A DNA stretch of 64,000 nt, taken from positions 21,395-85,394 of the IMG/VR virus record IMGVR_UViG_3300005965_000004; one strand, written 5' to 3'. Below, one piece after another: positions 57,325 to 64,000 of this stretch. Numbering within the stretch: position 1 is the stretch's first letter; every line of letters begins with the position of its first letter. This stretch comes from a virus. The position numbers and the translations under genes are program-made. Under the pieces are notes generated by a model. It did no database searches, was not told where the DNA came from, and worked only from the letters and a program-made list of their open reading frames with translations.

Positions 57325-58122
57325 ATGAGTAAGAAAATTACAGAAAAAATTAAGGAAATGTTGACTCCTGAGGACCTTAAGGTTTTCGAAGCTGCGGTTG
57401 AGAAAATGGTCTCCACAAGAGTCAAGTTGAAGGAAGAGGAAATAAAAGCAAAGTATGACGAGCTTGCTGAAGAGTATGTCAGTAAGAAAGTCAACGAAGA
57501 GCTTGAAACAGCTAAAGCATCTCTTATAGAAGAGTACGACGCAAAGCTTAAGAACATTGAGCAGAAAGTTGTTACAAAGCTTGGCTCTTTCCTTGACCAT
57601 GTTATTGTCGAACAGATTTCTGAAGAATCTATCGAGAAGCTTGCGATTAATGAAATTGCAATGCCGGTTGTTGAACAGATCAGAAAGGTCTTTACAAACA
57701 ACTATGTAGAGCTTGACACTGATGGTGCCGCTCTTCTTAAAGCGGAGCAGCGTAAAGTTGCAAAGCTTGAGAATGAATTGTCAGAAGCTCACGCAAAGAT
57801 TATGGAATCTGAAGAGAGACTTGAGAAGTCAGCAACATTCTTGCTTATTTCTGAAAAGACACAGGGTCTTACAGGAAGTCAGAAGCAGAGAGTTGCAAAG
57901 ATGTTCAAGAATAAGAAGTTTGAAGAAGTCAAAGAAGGAATTGACACATTTGTAGAAATGGTCAAAGAATCCAATTCTCCAAGATTAAAGAGTGTGGGTA
58001 AGGGAACTCTCGACGAAATCATTACTGAGGAAGATAATATTGGAGAAGAAAAGAAAGTAATCAAAGAAGAAAAGCAAGAATTCTCGTTTGCTGAAAGAGC
58101 AAATAGATACTTGGATGAATAA
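57325..58122 (+). CDS. gp22: Prohead scaffold protein
   Basis: VFEAAV, acidic coiled coil, between gp21 and gp23. Confidence 0.9.
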   Translation: MSKKITEKIKEMLTPEDLKVFEAAVEKMVSTRVKLKEEEIKAKYDELAEEYVSKKVNEELETAKASLIEEYDAKLKNIEQKVVTKLGSFLDHVIVEQISEESIEKLAINEIAMPVVEQIRKVFTNNYVELDTDGAALLKAEQRKVAKLENELSEAHAKIMESEERLEKSATFLLISEKTQGLTGSQKQRVAKMFKNKKFEEVKEGIDTFVEMVKESNSPRLKSVGKGTLDEIITEEDNIGEEKKVIKEEKQEFSFAERANRYLDE

Positions 58123-58158
58123 TAAATCGGTCTTACCATAAATGAGGAGGAGAAAGAT

Positions 58159-59517
58159 ATGAGTCTTGCATTAATCAAAAAATGGGAACAGGCTGAAGGT
58201 AAGATGTCCATTAAGGATATCAAGGACAGATACGTTAAGGAAAACCTTGCAACTCTTTTGGAAAACCAGGAGAGAAAGGACTTTAACGGTCAGGAAGTCA
58301 TTAGTGAAGCTTCCAACCACGGTGCTACCAACTATGGTAGTCTTGGTGGATTCACTGATGGTGCCGCTGCAAGTGACTCTTGGATTTTCCGTCCAATTGC
58401 TCTTGCTCTTGTCAGAAGAACATTCCCAGATTTGTTCGCTAACAAGGTTGTCGGTGTCCAGGCTATGTCCACACCTGTCGGTCTTGCATACGCAATGAGA
58501 GTCGTCTACGATGACGGAAACGGAAACGAAGCTGCTTGGGACAATGTTCCTGAGTATGGTGGATACACTGGAAGTCAGGTTGGTGTTTCTGGTACACTTC
58601 AGGGTGGTCATACTAACACATCTGCCGACACAGGTATTTACGACACATCTGGTACTGGTGCTACTACATCTGCTGCTGAAGCTTGGACACTTGATGACAC
58701 TTGTAACTCAGACGAATCCGAAGTTGATGGTTGTGGAGATTGGCCACAGCTTAAGATGAGAATTGACCAGCTTGCTATCACTGCAAAGACCAGAAAGCTT
58801 GCAGCTAGCTTCAGTCTTGAAGCTGCTCAGGACGTAAAGGCGATGCACGGAATTGACATCGAAAGAGAAATGGTTCAGTTCTTGCAGTATGAAGTTACCG
58901 CAGAACTTGACAGAGAACTTATTCTTAGAATGAAGAGTGCGGCTACTGACACTACTAACGGTGGTGAGAATGTTGGTGCTATCGACCTTACTGGTGGTGG
59001 TACTGGTATCGACGGTAGATGGTCTGGTGAAAAATACATGAACATTGTTTCATCTATTGTGTATCAGGCTAACAAGATTTCTGTTACAACAAGACGTGGT
59101 CCTGGTAACTTCGTAGTTGTTTCACCAGCTATCGCAACTGCTCTTCAGGCTGCTGGACACCAGTTCGTAGCATACAACCAGAATGTTAACGCAACTCAGG
59201 TTATGGCTGCAATTGGTAAGCTCAATGGAACAATAGATGTTTACCGTGACCAGTACGCAAGAACAGAATATGCTCTTGTCGGTTATAAGGGTCCTGGTAT
59301 CTCTGATACTGGTATCATCTTTAGCCCATACATCATGGGTCTTACCAACAGAGCAATCCACCCAGATGACTTCACTCCAAGAGTTGGTGTGATGTCCAGA
59401 TATGCTATTACTGACACATTGCTTGGTTCTGGTAGATATTATCGCTTGATACCATACTACAATGTACAGAAGCTTATCCCTGGTGCTACTACTTCTAATC
59501 TTCCTTCTGGTTTCTAA
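58159..59517 (+). CDS. gp23: Major capsid protein
   Basis: LLENQ, LVRR..P, GVQAM..PVG, AKTRKL, EAAQD, GYKG, PY, SRY. Confidence 0.97.
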   Translation: MSLALIKKWEQAEGKMSIKDIKDRYVKENLATLLENQERKDFNGQEVISEASNHGATNYGSLGGFTDGAAASDSWIFRPIALALVRRTFPDLFANKVVGVQAMSTPVGLAYAMRVVYDDGNGNEAAWDNVPEYGGYTGSQVGVSGTLQGGHTNTSADTGIYDTSGTGATTSAAEAWTLDDTCNSDESEVDGCGDWPQLKMRIDQLAITAKTRKLAASFSLEAAQDVKAMHGIDIEREMVQFLQYEVTAELDRELILRMKSAATDTTNGGENVGAIDLTGGGTGIDGRWSGEKYMNIVSSIVYQANKISVTTRRGPGNFVVVSPAIATALQAAGHQFVAYNQNVNATQVMAAIGKLNGTIDVYRDQYARTEYALVGYKGPGISDTGIIFSPYIMGLTNRAIHPDDFTPRVGVMSRYAITDTLLGSGRYYRLIPYYNVQKLIPGATTSNLPSGF

Positions 59518-59545
59518 TCAGTAAAGATTCGTAAGTATATAAAGT

Positions 59546-59578
59546 AAAAGTCAAGGAGACCATCTCCTTGACTTTTTT
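59546..59578 (+). terminator. Intrinsic terminator after gp23, overlapping a sigma70-like promoter
   Basis: AAAAGTCAAGGAGA...TCTCCTTGACTTTTTT, with TTGACT-18-TAAAAT at 59568-59597. Confidence 0.85.
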
Positions 59579-59600
59579 ATTTAAAATATGATAAAATTAT

Positions 59601-61322
59601 ATGATTGTCTTTTATCAACGTATAGAATTTGAAGGGAATATTATTATGATATGTGAAATATGTAAAGAATTTGAAACAAAAACTTTTAGAGGTTTGTCAT
59701 TGCATATTAGGAATAATCATAATTTTGATATTAAGGAATATTATGATATTTACTTAAAAAAAGACGCAGAAGGAATTTGCACAGAATGTGGTAAAGAAAC
59801 ATCGTTTATAAGTTTAACAAAAGGATATTTTAATTTCTGTTCATCAAAATGTAGTAATAGTTCAAAAAATACTCGACAAAAAATAGAACAGACAAAATTA
59901 AATAAGTATGGAGATATTAAGTATAATAATAAAGAAAAATCTTCACAAACATGGAGAAATAAAACAATAGAAGAAATTGCAGATATAGTAGATAAAAGAA
60001 GAATTACTAAAAATAAAATATATGGAGATGAAAAGTTTAATAACAGAGATAAAGCAAAAAAAACATGTATAGATAGATACGGAGTAAAACATTTTACTAA
60101 TAGAAAAAAATATATAAAAACTTGTTTGGATAGGTATGGAGTAGAAAATCCGTTTCAATTGGAAGAAGTTAAAGAAGAAATTCGTAAATATTTTTTGGAT
60201 AATTTTGGAGTTGACCATCCAATGAAAATAGAAAAGGTGAAAAATAAAGTAGTTAACGGTGTTAATAATTTTTATAAAAATAAAAACGAAGAGATGTTTA
60301 AGAAGTATTTTAAAATATTAAAATATAAAGATGAAAATAATATACACGTTAGATGTAAAAATTGTGGTTGCGATTTTTGGATACAAAAACAATATTTTAT
60401 TTGGAGATTTAATAAAAAGGTTCATCCTTGCTATAAATGTTACAACCTATCAAATATATCAATCTATGAAAAAGAATTATTTGATTTTATTGAAATTAAT
60501 TACAATGGTGAAATTATAAAAAATTATAGAAAATTGATATATCCATATGAATTAGATATTTATATTCCTGAATTAAAATTGGCTTTTGAATTTAATGGGT
60601 TGTATTGGCATAATGAAAAGTTTGTAGATAAAAATTATCATCTTAATAAAACGGAATTATGTGAAGAAAAAGGAATACACTTAGTTCAGATTTATGAAGA
60701 TGATTGGGTTCTTAAAAAAGATGTAGTGAAATCGAGGATTTTAAATTTATTAGGAAAGTCTAAAAAAATATATGCTAGGAAATGTATTATAAAAGAAGTA
60801 ACATTTAAAGATGCTAAAGAATTTTTAGAAGAAAATCATTTACAAGGTTACTGTGTCAGTAAGATTAATTATGGATTATATTATAATGATGAATTATTAT
60901 CATTAATGACTTTTAGTAAATTAAGAAAAAGTCTTGGTTTTAATAATGTAAATGGATCATATGAATTATTAAGATTTTGTAATAAGCTAAACACTACGGT
61001 TGTTGGTGCTACAAGTAGATTATTTAAAAGTTTTTTGAATAATTATAAACCAGAAATTGTTATTAGTTATGCCGATAGATTTTGGACTACTATTATAAAT
61101 GGTGTAGTTTATGAAAAAATAGGTTTTGAATTGGTTGGTAAGACTACTCCAAATTATTTTTATGTACATAATAAGATAAGGAGAAATAGATTTAATTATA
61201 GAAAAGATATATTGATTAAGCAGGGGTTTGATAAAAATAAAACAGAGCACGATATAATGTATAATAGAGGAATATATAGAATATATAATTCTGGAAATTT
61301 AAAGTATGTTTATAAAAAATAA
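59601..61322 (+). mobile_element. Hef-like homing endonuclease
   Basis: Zn fingers, KYGV-type repeats, ELDIYIPE..LAFEFNGLYWH, IYARKC, ELLRFC, SYADR. Confidence 0.85.
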
Positions 61323-61398
61323 TAAATATTTATTGTATTTTTCGCTAAAAAATTCATTTTAGACTAAAAGTATAAATATATGTGAGAGTAAGTTTTAA

Positions 61399-61779
61399 AT
61401 GTCTTTTAGGAGGTTTGACATGAAGGTAGTTAACGTTGCTGGTTTTGATGTAAAGTTTGAGAAGGAAGGTAGAGTTTACAGAGTACCTAATGATGGAAGA
61501 CTACATCCAATTCCTGACAAATGTTTTTATGAAGATAATTTTCAGGGTTTGCTAAGAGTAATAATTCCACCACAACCAGTTAAGCAGATTATAAAGAAGA
61601 TGGAATGTTTTAACAAAAAGAATGTTGACGTTAATGAACCAAATATAAAAGAGATTATCATAGATAAAGTTGAAGAGAAGAAAAACAAACCACTCAAGGG
61701 AAAGAAGATCAAATCTAAAGTTAGAGCTGAGTTGAAGAAGACCACGAAAAAGACAAGTCAGAAAAATAAAGAGGAATAA
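61399..61779 (+). CDS. Hypothetical late protein
   Basis: TATAAATA upstream. GGAGG RBS favours the MKVVN start. Confidence 0.55.
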   Translation: MSFRRFDMKVVNVAGFDVKFEKEGRVYRVPNDGRLHPIPDKCFYEDNFQGLLRVIIPPQPVKQIIKKMECFNKKNVDVNEPNIKEIIIDKVEEKKNKPLKGKKIKSKVRAELKKTTKKTSQKNKEE

Positions 61780-61782
61780 TTT

Positions 61783-62562
61783 ATGGCTAAGATTACCAAT
61801 TTGAATCAAATGAAGGATTATGTTATAACACAACTAGGACATCCTGTTATCAACATTGAAATTTCTAATACGCAGTTGGAACAGGCTATAGAGGATGCGT
61901 GTCAAGACTTCAATCGTTATAACTACGACGAGGGTTCTTACAGAGACTATTTTATTCTTCAGACATCAGCGGGTCAGCAGGACTATGCTGTTTCCGCTGT
62001 TAGAGATTACTCTACTGGTGCGACTCTTGACAATGTTGAATTTATATGGGATTTCTCTATTTCATTTGGTATGGATGGAATAAACACTTTGTTTAGTCCT
62101 GCTCACATTCTTCTTTACAACCAATATGTGGAGCAAGGTAGCTATCCCGGAGGTCCTGGATATGGAGCACCTGGAGGATTAGCGTTGGCAAACTATCAAA
62201 CAGCTATGATATATCTTGACATGATTAATGAGATGTTTGGTAAGATGTATTCTGTTGACTATATCCCCGGAAGAGAGATTATAAGAATAACACCAACACC
62301 AACAACAGCATTGATTGGTGTGCTCATTCTTTGGAGAAGAGAATATGCTTATAATTTGTATAACAATCCACTAGTAAAGAAACTTGCTGTTGCAAGAGCT
62401 GGCATTAGATGGGGTAGAAATCTTAACAAATATGGTGGACAAATGCCCGATGGTTTGACAATTAATGCTAGTGAAATTATTAGTGAATATAAAGAAATGG
62501 AAGAGAAGTGGCTCGATAGAATGTTTGATGAGTCACATCCTCCCGATTTTATAGTCGCTTGA
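61783..62562 (+). CDS. gp13: Neck protein
   Basis: KDY....LGHPVINIE...QL, WGRNLNKY....PDG.T.N, PPDFIV. Confidence 0.93.
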   Translation: MAKITNLNQMKDYVITQLGHPVINIEISNTQLEQAIEDACQDFNRYNYDEGSYRDYFILQTSAGQQDYAVSAVRDYSTGATLDNVEFIWDFSISFGMDGINTLFSPAHILLYNQYVEQGSYPGGPGYGAPGGLALANYQTAMIYLDMINEMFGKMYSVDYIPGREIIRITPTPTTALIGVLILWRREYAYNLYNNPLVKKLAVARAGIRWGRNLNKYGGQMPDGLTINASEIISEYKEMEEKWLDRMFDESHPPDFIVA

Positions 62563-62574
62563 TTTATATAATCT

Positions 62575-62650
62575 GGAGGACAGAGGGTAGCTCCCTTTTC
62601 CCGAAACCTTACTTAGTATGGATTACTCCAATTTAGAACCTGGTAAGGAG
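62575..62650 (+). promoter_or_regulatory. Structured leader (42-bp repeat copy 2) with anti-SD
   Basis: TGGAG/CTCCA, AGGG-TAGCT-CCCT, and CCTTAC pairing with GTAAGG of the RBS. Confidence 0.65.
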
Positions 62651-62656
62651 TTTATT

Positions 62657-64000
62657 ATGGAAATTTGTAAAGTTTGCGGGAAAGAATGTAAAAATTTCAA
62701 TGGATTAGCTTCTCATATAAATCAAAATCATGCAGATTATAATGTTCAAAAATATTATGATGAATTTCTGTTGAAAGAAGAATCAGAAAAATTTTGTAAT
62801 TTTTGTAAAAAACAATTGAAATTCAAGAGACTTTCTATTGGTTATGCAAAATATTGTTCCAGTCTGTGTAGTAATAAATCAGAACAGACAAAAAATAAGT
62901 ATAAAAATACCATGATGAATAAGTATGGAGTAGATAATTCTTTTAAATCAGAAGAAGTCAAAAGTAAAATTAAGGAAACAAATTTAAAAAAATATGGCAG
63001 TGATGTATATATTGTTAGTGAAGATTGCTTGACAAAGAAAAATAATACATTATTAAACAAATATGGAGTCGATCATTATTCTAAAACAGATATTTTTAAA
63101 ATGAAAGCTTCTAATAAATGTTATTGGAAGTCTAATGAATCCAGAATGAAATTGTTAAAAATATTTGAAGAAAAAAAATTGAAAACTATAATGGATAGAT
63201 TAGACGAATCTTTGAGTATCGTTTCTGTAAGTCAAGATAAAATTGTTTTGTTTTGTAATAATTGTAAAAATGAAGTCGAAATGTCGATACAGATGCTTCA
63301 TAGAAGATATAAAAATAATGAAGTTATATGTAACGATTGTAATAAATATAGAAAGCCAATATCCAGTTTTGAATTTGAATTGTTTGATTTTATCAAAAAA
63401 CAATATCAAGGTATCATTCTTACCAACGAAAAAAATATAATTGATTCATTAGAATTGGATATTTACTTACCAGAATTGAAATTGGCATTTGAATTTAACG
63501 GTCTTTATTGGCATTGTGAAATTCATAAAGATAAAAATTATCATCTAAATAAAACAGAAGAATGTGAAAAACAAGAAATTCATTTAGTACATATTTATGA
63601 AGATGATTGGATTTACAAACAAGATATAGTTAAATCAAGAATACTTAATTTACTTGGTAAATCTAAAAAGATTTATGCCAGAAAATGTTCATTGGAAGAA
63701 GTATCATATAAAGATTCAAAAGAATTTCTCGAAAAAAATCATATTCAAGGTAATTGTATATCTAAAATTAGATTGGGACTTTATTATGAAAACGAATTAG
63801 TTTCTTTAATGACTTTTGGTAAATTAAGAAAATGCCTAGGTCAAAAATCGAAAGAAAATTCATATGAATTATTAAGATTTTGTAACAAGATAAATACTTC
63901 TGTTGTTGGTGGTGCTAATAAGTTGTTTAAGTATTTTATAAATAATTATACGTTTAGTTCTATTATTAGTTATGCTGACAGAAGTTGGACAATGAATAAT
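62657..64000 (+). mobile_element. Second Hef-like homing endonuclease, runs off the window
   Basis: MEICKVCGKEC..., KYGVD repeats, LAFEFNGLYWH, SYADRSW. Paralog of 59601. Confidence 0.85.

Noticed and set aside
1-64000. Stop-codon reassignment (TAG or TGA)
   Set aside because: Core genes are full length in code 11, all three stops end genes, and no suppressor tRNA is seen. The uvsW TAG also needs a frame change.

Overview
This AT-rich window is from a large T4-like myovirus and uses genetic code 11. The left half (minus strand, 1-34.4 kb) holds a tRNA cluster with several structured non-coding segments, nucleotide metabolism genes (dNMP kinase, MazG, ThyX, class II RNR) and the T4-type replisome and recombination core (gp62/44/45, RNase H, gp61, gp32, gp59- and gp33-like, gp41, UvsX, gp43, gp47/55/46). 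A 26-bp tandem repeat marks the strand switch. The right half (plus strand) holds UvsY/UvsW, a late glycosylation cluster, head genes (gp20, 67-like, 21, 22, 23) and gp13. Intact and decayed homing endonucleases occur throughout. Highlights: (1) a gp14-like neck protein fused to four N-terminal beta repeats by a ~500-aa serine-rich linker, directly downstream of Maf-like/GT8/GT2/radical-SAM/methyltransferase genes, suggesting a mucin-like glycosylated virion appendage; (2) DNA polymerase in three ORFs and UvsW in two, with non-catalytic intein-like tags at the breaks; (3) ThyX with an in-frame, apparently nuclease-dead HTH-LAGLIDADG insert and no intein motifs; (4) a conserved structured leader ahead of homing endonucleases; (5) mini-ORFs copying portal and capsid (Gol) motifs; (6) a tRNA-Lys(UUU) with a long variable arm overlapping tRNA-Pro. 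All family calls come from motif recognition by eye; no searches were run.
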